Shown here piece by piece: positions 14,633-27,830 of a DNA stretch of 64,000 bases. The notes under the pieces are model-generated. The model had not been told where the DNA came from. It saw only the letters and a list, made by a program, of their open reading frames with translations, and searched no databases. The DNA comes from Azolla caroliniana (lineage: Eukaryota > Plantae > Polypodiophyta), in NCBI GenBank assembly GCA_043228905.1, contig JBHGNT010000013.1:16554001-16618000 (forward strand), read 5' to 3'. Both the position numbers and the translations under genes were made by a program. Each line of letters starts with the position of its first letter. The first letter of the stretch is position 1.

Positions 14633-14896
14633 GGCGAGGTTTGACTAGATATGCATCAGAAGAGAGAAGGATCCGCGTCCAAATCAGAGGAGGCTTGAAT
14701 AAGAAGAATCTTGTGGCGTGAGGGCCATGGAGTTTCCTGATATGCCTATGTAGATAGAAAGATAGAGGAGATATGTGGTGGTGTTACTTGATTTAAATTT
14801 ATGTTAAAAGTACCAGAGAACCTTGCCTAAATTAGGGGGGTCTTGAAGTATCAAGGAGAGATTATGCCTGGTTCCCTAAGCATCCATCACCTCTAA

Positions 14897-14910
14897 AGGG
14901 CCCGCCCATA
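14897..14910. promoter_or_regulatory. site II-like (GGGCCC/GCCCA) TCP-binding motifs upstream of LPAT1
   Basis: agggcccgccca ~270 bp upstream of the LPAT1 ATG. Motif match only. Confidence 0.35.
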
Positions 14911-15516
14911 CATATTCAGTCTTAAAAAGCTCGTGTAGATCTATAGAAAGACGATGGTTCTCAACGTAGGACCCATCAGATACAAGACCGATTTAAATTG
15001 ACCAATTACCAGTCTGGCTCTTCTCCATAATGTATTGAGCAACTCACACCAAAGTCTCCATGTTTTTGTATGGCTCCAAATATAAGCATGGTGTTTGCTT
15101 TTAAAAGTCAACCTCATGTTTGGGCATAAGAAGGCCCGTCCAATGCGTGTGCAAGAGTGAAGATCGAGGTGCATGTCACAATTGCTCATCAAAACTCAGA
15201 CAAGAAATGGTATCATCAATGCCTCAAACTCCAACAATCACATGCAACCATGTTGAGTAGGTAAGTACTTCCCTAAATTAATTGTCCATCGCATCCAACA
15301 TTCTCGGAACTCTACCAAAACTATGCTACGAATCTTTAAGATCCCTATGTACTAGAACAATCTACGTAATAATTCAGAAATGTTTGCAAATGAAGTTACG
15401 TAATGGCCTTAAAAAAGAAAATTGAGTCTTATGAGGCATACGTGTGCATCCAATCCTCCAAATTCTTGACTAACATTTACAATTCAAGTTTCCTTATCAA
15501 GTTCCATTTGCTTGAA

Positions 15517-15600
15517 GTTAATTACACCATCATCATATAAAAGATGTCAAGCCATATCGTTAATTACACCATCGTCATATAAAAGATGTCAAGCCATATC
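15517..15600. repeat. tandem duplication, 2 x 42 bp
   Basis: gttaattacaccatc.tcatataaaagatgtcaagccatatc twice. Confidence 0.9.
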
Positions 15601-16123
15601 ATCAAGCCAGTTTGAAACTAAATTTTACATAAAATAGGCTTCCCCGAACAAAATCAGTGAAAGCTCCTCTATGTTGAAATCGCTCTCAAAACCAAAAGGG
15701 CCCATTAAACACTGCTAATACTTAATTGCATAAGCAATAGTAAAACAGTTGTTGATCAAATGTGGGTGTGGACACTTTTAAACTTTAAGAACTTATTTGC
15801 TGCAAACTAAAGTAGCTTAAACAGAGATCATTATATAGTATTGCTCGAAACCTACAGAGTAGCATATGCTGGTTCAAACTACACGTCCCCTGTTATTAAA
15901 TTCCTCATAACTCTCTTCATCTAAAAAGGGTTGTCCTGCACTATCCTACTCCAGTTGAAGATAAATTAATTATTGCTTAGCATTTTGCCCCAGCTTCAAA
16001 TCATATCATTCTTCAACAGCTAGCTCAAACCTAAAAGAAGATACAAAAAGTAATCGCCTCTTTTAAGAAGATAGCAAAAAATCATGTGTTGTTCTCGAAT
16101 GATACACGAAAAGAAATCACTTC

Positions 16124-19100
16124 TTAATTAACAGAATTTGTACTTGCCTCGCCAACTTTTCTCACTTGAATATGATGTGTTGATTCAGTGCGCCAGATAG
16201 GTGTCCGGCCACTCTGCACAAGGGCTACCTCTTCTCCGGTCTTCAGCAATCCCCGCTTCTGAAGTATCATCATTAGCATTAGATCAATGATAACAATGCA
16301 AACAATTCTATACCACCACATAACCGTACCTGTAGAAGTGATAAAGATTCTGTGAATGTCTTCTCAGCATTGTCGGAAAAAGATGTGATGATCGGTCGAA
16401 CACCCTGATAGAGTGCTAGCCTTCGTTGAATTTTCTTGCTGCAAAAATCACATCGCAGTAAGCAAACAAGAACAAGCAAGAGACCCATCAATATATAGAT
16501 AAATAGATAGAAAAATGGCTATATATATGATCATCAAAGAAGATACACTTACTCATTTGTGAAAGCAAACACAGTGCCGATGGGTCGATAATGGCTCAGT
16601 AACATGGCCATAAAACCGCTCCTCGTAAATACCAAAATTGACGTTCCTAGTGTATTAGACATCATGGTAGCATGAAAGGCGAACATTTCGCTCATATGTT
16701 TCTGCATGAAGACAAACAAATTCCAATGTATTAAAGAAAGAAGATGTCCCGGGACATCCTCGTGGTTTGCATCCTGGCACTGTAGCCACATATCGAGTGG
16801 AACCCCCATCTCAACCAGGCCCCCATTTAGCAGAAAAAGAACAATGAGAACCACTGTGAATATTTAACAAGATCATTTTCTTAAAACTAGTGCAGAGAAT
16901 ACCTTGAATACTTGACCAAGGTTTGCAGGAGGCTTCTGATTTCCAGTTGTTGTAGCCTCTGTGCGCAGAGCAACAGTGTGCATCACCTTTACAGCTTTCA
17001 ATGGATACCTGACAAATAAACCACATATAAATACATGATCTTATCAATTTTTTGGACTTGAAAAGTTCAAATCTTTCAATTAAACATGTACTCTTCAATG
17101 AAACTAGTTCATGTGCTTAAAGCAGTCATTAATATCCATATAAGTCTATAAAGACTACTATTATTCCACTAGATGTACATCCGTATGATTGTATAAAGGC
17201 TTCTACTATTCCACTAGATGGGACAACTTTCTTGAAGCAGTCAATAATATCTGTATGATTGCATAAAGGCTTCTATTATTCCAATACACGAAGCTTTGTT
17301 CATTCAAATAAATTAAACATGTAATCTTTAATAAACTGAATTGAATTTCTGTTCTTTAAACATTCAGTAACCATATGAATAGATTAAGACTTCTACTATT
17401 CCATTAGATGCCTTGCAACATATTGCCCATAGCATTTCGTAAATTTAACGTTTGTCGGTCGGTTATTATGGTTCTTCTATGGGTTTTCACCTAATCCATG
17501 GTTTAACTTTTGTGATACAATTAGATTAACATACAAAACTCACTTTCCATGGGCAGTTTCGCCTGATAACATCACAGCATCGGCTCCTTCACGCACCGCA
17601 ATGGCAATGTCAGATACTTCAGCACGAGTAGGTGTTGGATGATTGATCATACTCTCAAGCATGTTCGTTGCTACTATCACTGCTTTCCCCGCATTTCGAC
17701 ACATCCTAATGATTTCTTCCTGAAGAAATGAATCATTATTCACCATCAGAACGGTGATTTTGCAAACATGTACAAGATCCGCTACTCTGCAAATTGCACC
17801 TGAAGCAAAGGAACCTCCTCAATTGGAAGCTCAGCACCAAGGTCACCTCGAGCAACCATTGCCTGTCTTGCATATAAACATATCACAAATTAAAATTTTA
17901 AGTTTCTCCCCATAATAAGCTTCAAAACATGCTTTAACATTCAAAAGGAGATGCTAAGAAATCTTCAATCTGACCTTTTATTCATAAACAACAATGCTAC
18001 TCGTACTTGTAAAGATTATAGTCAGAGCTATATTTGGAAACCTTGATATGTATAAAGCATAGAGAAAACTTTACCCCATCTGAAGCATCAATGATTGAAT
18101 GAAGATTAGGGATAGAGTCTGCACTTTCTATCTTCACAATCACGTGGATATCAGCACCACAGCCTAAATCACATGAAAGACACAACTCAGAAAAACTATC
18201 CAATAGTATATCTGTTTATCACTGTCTACTTACAGGTCATTTTACCTTTTAGGAAGGATTTGAGCTCATGCACAACTTGTGCATCCTTCACAAACGAGAC
18301 TGCATAAAAGTCAACTTCATTGTCTACTCCAAATTTGATATCTTCCCAGTCTTTCTCTGTTTCAATGTAAAATGATATGGAAGTATACACACGGCATTAG
18401 AAATCAAACCATATTCATTCAACAGTAGGATTACCAAGAATACGTCATATATTGCTTTTTTAATTTCATTTACTCAGATTCTCACCTAAGTATGGTGTAC
18501 CAATCATTTATTTGAATTGATAACAGCATATTGAAAATAAAGTAAATTCTGGGAAGCTATGCCAAAATCATGAACCACTTCAACTTTCAAATTTTCTCTA
18601 ATGCAATGGCTGCATCCTGTTGCACTGAAGCTACAACTGAATTTACCTTTCCAACATGAATATCATAGATGTAGCAGAACAGTCTTTTCAGAATGATCAA
18701 AGAATACCAGTTATGGAGGGCAGCGTCGCACTCTTCCCTCGAACATTAAGATGCCTTCTTGATTTCAACTCTCCACCATCGACCACTTCACACAGAACTG
18801 AATCAGTGGTTTTGGACTTAACCAATAAAGACATCATTCCTCCTGCAATTAAGAAAAACATGAATCTTGAATTAGGAAATTAAGTATATCCAGAGGCTGT
18901 ACATGCATGTGCATTTATGATTTATGTTCAGAGCCAAAAACTTAATATCCTTGGACAACAGCCATTTTGGGCCTGCATATTACGGCACAGCAATGAACCC
19001 CCAGGAAAAATAAGAGAGGAAGAAAAAGTCAGGCAAACTACACCATCTGAAAATACCCACAGTCGATGACAATATTTTCATGATCATTCAAATAAATAAG

Positions 19101-21136
19101 AAATTTATGTGCTGAAAATTATTTCATTCTGACAATCACAGATGACTTCATATTTTTGGAATTGAAGGGTTTCATGAAGATCATATAATGGAAATGGTAA
19201 TTATCAAAAGGAAGGATGGTGATGCATGTCATTACATGATGGCTATCTGCTAAAGAAATGATAATTGAAAGTAATGTGCAAAAATCATCTCAGAGGAATT
19301 TAATTAGTTCCGATGAAAAATAGATGCATCAGTTAAATACCATCAACAAGTAATGTGTCGCCTTTCTCAACGTCATTGACGAAATCATCATAATTTACGC
19401 TCACACTGTCCTCAGTACCAACTCCTCTTTTAATTGTGAAGGTGAATTCTTGTCCTTTGACCAGATTCAAGGGTTGAGGCAAGTCCCCACTTCTTACCTC
19501 AGGGCCCTAAAGTTAAAAAGAGAAATATTGTTCAATAATAAATTTGATAAAAAAGAGAGCATGCGAACAACCATATAGATCGACAAATAAAACAGCTTTT
19601 GCAACAAATAAAACAGCTTTTGCAATTTTACCTTTGTATCCAGCATGATGGCTATGACATTCTCTGCAGACTGTGCATTGTATTCCTTAACAAGGTCAAT
19701 GACTTTCTTATGGGAATTGTGATCACCATGGGACATGTTGAGGCGTGCAACATTCATTCCCGCCTCAGCGAGCTTCCAGATCATCTCTCTGGATGCAGTG
19801 GATGGGCCAATGGTGCAAACAATCTTCGTCTTGCGTTGAAAAGTGGGTTTCCTCCACATTCCCCCACCTTCTTCCCATGAAATCAGCTGTTCGGGGCTAT
19901 AAAATCCATCTTCCTGCATCCAACCATCAGAATAGCATCAACAACTTTCAGGAATGTCCCTAATTCTTTAAGTTTCCATATTTTCATGTATATGTATAAA
20001 AATGTATTGGAAAACTGGAAGCAATGAGTCAAGGGATCTAGTCAACTTTTTAACAATTTCATGCAGAATTCAACTGTCAGGCATGTGATCCATTGTCCAT
20101 ATTAGCACACGGAAAAACTATACAAGCTTGTCAAAAGCATATTACTCCTAAGATATACATGCACAGTCATATGCCTAGGAATTTGACCATGGATTGCTTA
20201 ATTACACACACAACAGGCATGTGAAGTGCGTGTGATCCAAAGGCATGATTTTTGGCAATACCGCACCATATCAATATGATTCTAGGGAAGAGACCATTAC
20301 TAGTACCACATGATAAAACCATAAGAAGGTAGCAGTCAATACAGATTCAGCATTGAAGGATTTCATAAATGTCTTTACCAAGAAAATAAAATCCAAGGCA
20401 AGGAGGCATCAACGAGAACTCAGCATTCGGTGGGCTCATGAACCGCATGCAATCCAAAGGTCAGATTGTTGGCAATATCACATGGAAATGAAGTTAATTA
20501 CAGGTTACGGATTGAGCATTTCATAGATTTATCTTCCTTACTGAAAACTCCTTAAAAACACACACATCTTCATCAGACCAGTGAAGTGCATGTGGTCCTG
20601 TCATCACATGGTGACAATCATACTGAAGATACATGGGAAACCTAGCATCAAATTGTAACATCCATACCAAAACAATATGTCCGGAAACATACAGTTTCTA
20701 GACTTTGCATGGTGGGTGGACACATTATAACAAAACAGCAAATCCTTCCGTTTCATGTAGAGAGCAATATAAGTGGATCAAAAGAGAAGCATAAACTTCA
20801 TTGTGGATAGATGGATCTATTTAAATTCTTTACCGAGAAATGGTCGCCGCCGAGGTTAAGATTTTCTTGGCCTGCGTCTTCGGGGGAAACAGGGACGAGT
20901 TCATTATCCCGAGATGGGAAAGTGGGGCGAGTTTTCACGTTAGCAGTGGAGGTGGTGGCGGCAGGAGCGAGCACAGTGCCTGTTTTCTTGGTGGGCGAAT
21001 GAAGGGAGATGAGGTTGGGTAGTTGCTTCAGGGGTTGGGGGGCAAAGGAAGGAGGGAAAGCACATGGGGGGGAGGGTTGGGAGGAAGAGAGAGCAGAGGT
21101 TGGGGAAGCAAAGGGAGGAGAGGGAGAGGCGGACAT
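16124..21136 (-). CDS. PKP2: plastidial pyruvate kinase beta subunit; 12 exons
   Basis: Exons 21136-20834, 19913-19632, 19506-19341, 18842-18708, 18356-18246, 18163-18075, 17862-17800, 17719-17544, 17008-16903, 16701-16553, 16438-16330, 16258-16124. Motifs [61 protein letters not shown]; Ser/Pro-rich transit peptide; beta-type tail [10 protein letters not shown]. Confidence 0.95.
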
Positions 21137-22575
21137 GGTGGCAGAGGAGGGTGCAGGCTCTTCTTTCTTCTTTGAAGGGAGGCAGAGACAGACAGAAAGA
21201 CAGAGGAGATGAAGAGCTAAGACAGCATTTTTGATTGAAAAGAAGGATTTGAATGCAGCTTTCTATCTATCTATCTATCTATCTACATATATACATTCAT
21301 TCATTCATCTAATCTTTCTCTATCTGTAGATTTTTATGTCTCCTCTGTTTTTTTTGGGAGGGGGAGGGGGGGGGGGGGGAGGGGGAGCAGGGCATGTTCT
21401 GCAGTTCTTTCTTTTCATTCCATGCAACAAAAGCACTCTCAAAAGCTGAGGTGGATTTGAGAGAGAGCTCTTTCAATGCCCATATATTGGGCCCATGGAA
21501 CATTAGCTCACCTTAGGTTGACGAGACGAGACTCTCTCTTTGTACATATGTATATCTCGCTCGTCTCGTGTTTGCGTATCTGTCTCTTTGCACCTCCGAG
21601 AACGTTGATTCTTCACATGCGCGTGCGTGCATTACTCGCACATATATAGACACTTTTTTTTCGCACCAAAGCATCACCAGCATCCCTTCTTAGGAAACAC
21701 GCACACATATATGTATGTAGGTCCCATTGGCCAATACAAGATTGGCCTCTCTTTTATGGATGCTAAAACTTCCCCAAGCCCAAGTCATTGTTTGGATTTA
21801 GCATGATGTGCTTTGTGAGTTCCCGAAGCAGCAGCAAAAGAACAAAAATCCAAACAATTTGCATGTCGAGGCTAAGTCAACATCCCATAGGCAATCGACA
21901 TATTGAGGGATGACATAAAAGTGCCATCACATAAGAAATTGTTGTTGAGGTGTCTAAAACTTTAGTCATTTTTGTCCTGTGACCAACATGAAAGGTAATT
22001 ATTGCCCAAAACCATCTAATTTGGTAACAAAAGGACATGACCCAAAGGTCGATCATAATAATTATATGTCTTCATTCTAAGTTTACTCGATGCATTTTGT
22101 TACAAACAAGTGAAAAGGGCAAAGTCCATCCCTTTGATGCTTTGTTAAAGTGATATGGCAAAATATAACATGCCTTAAGTGTGAGTTTGGAGTATTTGAG
22201 TTTGAAACTAGTGGATTACAATGTCAACAACAAATAAAAATTCTATAATGATAAGTAATGGACATAAGAACGTCATTAAATGGAAATTAGTTTGATATTG
22301 AATAAACCCACAAATGAGATGTTGCAAAGCTATAGCTAAACACTACGTGATTCACAACATGCTTACACTGCCATTTGCCCATTGACCTAGAAGCCCTTAT
22401 TTCCTCGTCATAGTTTCAGCACAATGGACAAAGCCCTTTATATTTTAATGATACGTGTATTAGACCCCATTTGCATTGGAGGCCAATCCTCACTACCTAT
22501 TCATAAAATCAACAAAACAAAGTATGAAAAATCAAAAGCAAGAAATACAAGGGACGAATGTGAAAAAATAACAAA

Positions 22576-23005
22576 TTTACCTCGTGGACATGTGCGTCTT
22601 TCCCCCTACATCATCCGTGAAATGTGTCAAAGAAAGAATCACAACCAAGAATAAAGAAAACAGGAACGACGAATTCAAACATATGCCGCTTTTACATTTA
22701 TCTATATACTCGATGCCCCTTACAAGCAATAATGTACAATCTAAAAATCCACCACAAAGACTCATGCGTATCTCAGAATCTCATGTAGGCTCTCTTAATA
22801 AACTGTGATCGAGAGATTTAGATATCCTTTGTTATTATGTGTATTATCATCATCTAAGTTAGAGCATGCAAGGTGAGATGATCGATCTCTACCATTGGTG
22901 GCCATAATCAAGAGTCAATAGAGAAAGGCCATCGACGGGAATTGCTAACATGGCGTACTCGTAGTGTCCGCCTTACTAGAGTTAGAAAACAAAGCCATCC
23001 ATTCT
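22576..23005. repeat. dispersed repeat copy A (~430 bp; copy B at ~28872-29302)
   Basis: Collinear shared blocks ggacatgtgcgt, aagaatcaca.c.a.gaataaagaaaacaggaa, gaattcaaacatatgc, atgtacaatctaaa, tatctcagaatct, gagagatttag, gagtcaata, aaaggccatc, aaagccat. Confidence 0.8.
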
Positions 23006-23840
23006 AATTTCTATTTGACAAGCTAATGAGCATATATATATACATGTCTCTAAGTTTAACCGTATGATTGACGGCTCCTAATAATGGAGATCCTGTAGGA
23101 TTTTGTCTTTACATTCAGACTTCTCCCCATGGTCGCGTGGAGGCAGGGTCAACGTGGTTGGTTCCATGGCTTCACTGAAAGGTTCTCCTCCTCCTTTTTC
23201 CTTTTTCCATCTGTATAGCTTAGATCAAGCATCAATGAGAATGTCCAACATCTGGAGATAGATAGATAGATGGATAGATAGATTATATTATCGTCTTCGG
23301 AGGTCAAATACAGAGAGAGAGATAGAGAAGAGTAATTTTGATATCTGGTGATCACATTATGTATGTATGCTGCAGCAAGCAGGGGATGTCTGAGGGTGAT
23401 CGCCGAACCGAACGTGTGTTCCAGGTGCGGCAGAGTATGCCCGCTTACCTCCATCGATCACCTAGGGCGCTTGGATGTAACTGATGCAAGTAACCCTATC
23501 CCAACACATGTATATATGCCCATATGCATATGGGCCCCAAAGGTATGTCGTCTAGGTGCATGAATGCCTTCATCTTTTGTTACAGGAGGCAGTAGTCGTG
23601 CAGACGAACTAGAAGGCAGGAATTGAAGGCAAAATGGAGAAGGTATGTTTGTCTAAAACCTTCATTTACTTTCATGTTAGATATCATGAAAACATATTCT
23701 CCAAGTGTATGGATATACATATGCCAGTAACAGTGATCAATGTGTGTAATCCACTTGATACAGACCTACTGATGCGTACATGCATATGCATATGTCAGTA
23801 ACGGTGACCAATTTGTGTAATATATAGTTGGAACCTTGAC

Positions 23841-25661
23841 ATGCCACATAAAGGTCCTTTGATTTGCAAAAGTGGAATATATAGACTCATGCAAGATTGC
23901 ATTGCAAAACAGGATCTTGTCTCAGGAAGAGAGTTGCATTCTCTTCTTGTTTGCTATGGATACAACTCAGCGAATAGCTGTGGGAGCTGGCTTATCCGAA
24001 TGTATGCGGAAAGTGGTAAATTGCTGGAAGCTTATCTATCATTTTGCCAAGTCTTGCAGCCCAATGTGTGTACATGGAGCTCTATCATAGCAGCACATGC
24101 AAACCTGGGACCAGCTACTAGGGCCTTAGAGTTATATAAAAGAATGCAGGAACATGGCATAAAGCCAAACAAAGATGTGTTCCTGTGTATGCTCAAGGCA
24201 TGTAGCAGAGAAGGATTGGTAAAAATTGCAGAAACTATTGAACTTGTGAAGCGTCAAGACATCCCTGTGTCAAAAAATATTTTAAATAGTCTTCTCCAGG
24301 GTTGCTCCAAAGTTAGGGACATTGATGATTGTAGGATTTTGCTAGATTTCATAAGAAGCACTCAGTTTGAGTTAGAGGCCACGATTGGTGATAAACTTAT
24401 CCGCATTTTCACATTGTGTGAAAGCTTGCACGAAGCTGATCAAGTATTTGAAATGATTTTAGAACCTAGCACATATTCATGGAATGCTATTATATCAGCA
24501 CATATCAGCCTTGGAAAAAGTGAGAAAGCTGTCTTCTTGTTCTTCAGAATGCAGAAAGAGGGCATGCAACCCAACCAATTCATTTTTACATGCACTTTGA
24601 AAGCTTGCAGCATTATGTCTTCATTATGGCTAGGCAAATTGCTGCATCATCAGATAGTTCTCGAGGCAATGGAAACCCATGTAACTGTAGGAAATGCTCT
24701 TCTTGATGTATACTCCAAGTGTGGAGATTTAAGTGGAGCACGCAATGTGTTTGATAGGTTGCCGGATCGGGATGTGATTTCATGGGGCACCATGGCCATG
24801 AGTTTCTCTCAGCATGGCTTTGATCATGATGCTGTCGAACTTTATGATGATATGGAAAAGGAAGGAGCAATCCCAAATAGGGCCATCTTTCTACATATTG
24901 TAAAAGCATGTGGAAATATAGGAGCATTAGGGCGGGGTAGGCTTATACATGTCCAAATCATAAAAAATGGATTGCAAACAGATCCTCTCATTGCAAGCAC
25001 ACTTGTTGACATGTATGCAAATTGTGGAAACTTGGAAGATTTGGAGAGAGTTTTTCATGGTCTGCAAACAAGGGACATCATATCATGGGGTGCCCTGATC
25101 GATGGTTATGTGGTGAATGGAAATTATTTTCTGGCTGCACAATGTCTTGAAAATATGGTGTGTGAAGGTGTGAGGCCAGATGATGTAATATTTACCAGTA
25201 TACTTACTGCATGTAGCCATGCTGGTCTCCTAGACGAAGGTTTTTGTCAGTTCAAGTTCATGATAAAAAATCATGGCATAAAACCAAATTCAACACATTA
25301 TAACTGTTTGATCGATCTTCTTGGTCGGTTGGGATGTCTGGATGAAGCTGAGGCTTTGATTCGTACGATGCCAGACTTGCCTGATATTATTAGCTGGAAG
25401 TCTTTGCTTACTAGCTGCAAAACACACTCAAATACAGAGCTTGGTAGGCATTGCTTCAATGCAGCTGTCCAATCAGATCCGCATGATTCTGCTGGTTATG
25501 TTCTTATGTCGACCATATATGCTGATTTAGACCCGTGCCAAGATGTTGACATAGTATATGTTTTGAAGAAGCCAGGCGATGCAGCAAAGCTCCCTGGTAG
25601 GGCTTGGTTTGGGATCACTGCAGAGGTAGAGGAGTTTTATTTTGTAGACCAAGAGGTTTGA
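23841..25661 (+). CDS. PLS-class pentatricopeptide repeat protein with E domain and PG-box, no DYW (organellar RNA-editing factor type)
   Basis: 606-aa single-exon ORF with P-L-S triplets (GNALLDVYSKCG, RDVISWG, FTSILTACSHAGLLDEG, HYNCLIDLLGRLG), E-like WKSLLTSCKTH...GYVLMSTIYA and PGRAWF. Spliced leader exons are likely upstream. Confidence 0.92.
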   Translation: MPHKGPLICKSGIYRLMQDCIAKQDLVSGRELHSLLVCYGYNSANSCGSWLIRMYAESGKLLEAYLSFCQVLQPNVCTWSSIIAAHANLGPATRALELYKRMQEHGIKPNKDVFLCMLKACSREGLVKIAETIELVKRQDIPVSKNILNSLLQGCSKVRDIDDCRILLDFIRSTQFELEATIGDKLIRIFTLCESLHEADQVFEMILEPSTYSWNAIISAHISLGKSEKAVFLFFRMQKEGMQPNQFIFTCTLKACSIMSSLWLGKLLHHQIVLEAMETHVTVGNALLDVYSKCGDLSGARNVFDRLPDRDVISWGTMAMSFSQHGFDHDAVELYDDMEKEGAIPNRAIFLHIVKACGNIGALGRGRLIHVQIIKNGLQTDPLIASTLVDMYANCGNLEDLERVFHGLQTRDIISWGALIDGYVVNGNYFLAAQCLENMVCEGVRPDDVIFTSILTACSHAGLLDEGFCQFKFMIKNHGIKPNSTHYNCLIDLLGRLGCLDEAEALIRTMPDLPDIISWKSLLTSCKTHSNTELGRHCFNAAVQSDPHDSAGYVLMSTIYADLDPCQDVDIVYVLKKPGDAAKLPGRAWFGITAEVEEFYFVDQEV

Positions 25662-27098
25662 ATAGGCCCTGAACCCAGTGGACATGTTGCATGGTTTGAG
25701 TTGCTTTAGAGGTTCAAGAATAGGCCGATGATTTCATGCGAAGCCCAATGCACTTAAGAGGATTCTTATATGCACATTCATGCTGTGTTTCCAAATGTAC
25801 CCAGATAAGTAGTGCTCCATGCTAAGTGAGTTGGATTCTTTGATAAATTGGGGTCAAGATTCCAGTGAGTCAATGTGAATCTATGTACAAGTTTGATATA
25901 GCAATACTGGAGATATCTCAGTTCAGAGTCCAGACTATATGAAGAGAGTCTGTGACTACAATACGACACACACATCTAGGGGGCAACACGCTTTTATGTA
26001 TGCTCACGTAAAATGAATCCCCATTCTTGAAAATTAGGGCAAAACATGTTTCCCCAAACACAACGGTTTGTGATTAAGTTTTGTTGTAGTGGAGAATATG
26101 CTACTCCATTTCCACTTGAGCTCATTGGATGAAGGCAAGTAACTATATGGGCATACCATGATTGGGAAAAAGCAGACCACCAACTCTGTACATTATGAAC
26201 TCGTATTGTAATTTTTGGGGGTTATAGAGGGGTAGATGTATGGAACATGGGGATTTGTGAATCCATGTAGAAAAGCTCTGAGCTACCTTAAATTACAAGG
26301 TTAAGTGTGCTTCCTAGTGTGTTGAAGGGAATATGCTACTCTTTCCCAAATGAGCTCAATTAAATAAGGCTCATTGTAGAAAAGGTGTGGATTACCTTAA
26401 TTGATGAGTTTAAACCTCACTAACTACAAATACTCAATGAGGACCTCATATATTGTAAATTTGAAAGGATCACCCTTCAGGACTTGAGAGCGAGGCCTAA
26501 CACATTTGTTCGCCTATAGATGTCTTGTTTAGTTCCTTACATGATTGGATTCCATCACTTGGACTTGTCCTTCAGATGGATTAACCTCAAGAAATGGATT
26601 AACTTTCAAAACTCAAAGAAAGCTAAAAAGACCATTAACAAATTATGTTTGTAATGTGGATGGCTCAAATCACATTTCCAAAATGGAAGGCAACTGAAAA
26701 ATTACTATATTGCCACTCCATATCCATTTGGGATACTTTGTCACGTGTCAGATGTTAAGTGAAAGGATGACTGTATGCAAGCTTCTTTTTCAGGCATCAA
26801 ATTTTAGTAACATAACACATAGTTTTGACTCTTCAAATAATTCATCCATGGTAAATATTGCAGAAATGCAAAGATGTCAGATCAATGTCTTCCTGATCAA
26901 TACTTTATGTTTGCATTTTCCCCATCGGATTTATAGCAAAAACACTAAGATGAAACAAAAGAACTGACCAAAATTAAGACTAAGTGCCATCTCGATGTTA
27001 TCCAAACTTGCTAGATCAAGTTCACAACAATCCTACGTCTCAAGATACTTCACTATCAATATGAAGCAGTAAGTGTAAATCTATTTAATACCCTTGAC

Positions 27099-27830
27099 CT
27101 TGGAAATATATAAGTGATAAGAATCCCAAGAAGGGAAAGAAAAAAATTAAGTTAACATATTGAAGTAAAACACCTTGGAAATATATAACTTTATAAGTGA
27201 TAAGAATCCCAAGAAGGGAAAGAAAAAAATAAAGGTAACATATTGAAATAAAACACGCATTGTCATAAGAGAAAACAAAATGAAAATTTAACCTTAGATG
27301 ACTTTATCATGCTTAGTCTAGGTAACACCTAGAAAACTGTAGTTGGAAAAAACAAAATGAAAGCCGTGAGTTCATGGTTAGTCTAGGTAACACCTAGAAA
27401 ACTGTAGTTGGAAAAAACAAAATGAAAGCCGTGAGTTCATGCTTAGTCTAGGTAACAGCTAGAAAACTGTAGTTGAAAAAAACAAAATGAAAGCCGTGAG
27501 TTCTGGAGTTCTACAGAAGCTAAGAAAAGTAATGGTCATAAAGCAAGATGAAAGCTGTGAAGTGCAATAGTCATCTCTTCAGTCTCCATCTTGATAGCCT
27601 AGACAAAAGGTATGTCATTCCTACTAATAACCACCACAAAACCATGTTTCTAACAACACAAGAACATTAGAAAATTCACAATGACCTTTTGGAGGAATCA
27701 CAACTCCTTGATTCTCTTACCTTTTGGTCTGGTCTAATAGAAATTTGACAATGATGCTTTACCATGCTTCTAACAACAGAAGAATATTAGAAATTTCACA
27801 ATAAGCTATTGGAGGAATCACAACTTTCCG
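27099..27830. repeat. cluster of tandem duplications: 2 x ~75 bp (27099, 27173), 3 x 65 bp (27308, 27373, 27438), 2 x ~120 bp (27641, 27761)
   Basis: Direct inspection, e.g. catg.ttagtctaggtaaca.ctagaaaactgtagttg.aaaaaacaaaatgaaagccgtgagtt three times. Confidence 0.9.

Noticed and set aside
16747-16775. Resemblance to the 3' end of plant 5S rRNA (TCCCGGGA..TCCTCGTG..TTGCATCC)
   Set aside because: Under 30 nt with gaps, and no upstream 5S sequence or internal control region.
16549-16902. In-frame retention of the 201-nt PKP2 intron
   Set aside because: Length is divisible by 3, but a TGA occurs at the tenth intron codon.
27308-27502. CRISPR-like array
   Set aside because: Head-to-tail 65-bp units with no unique spacers, no cas genes, eukaryotic context.
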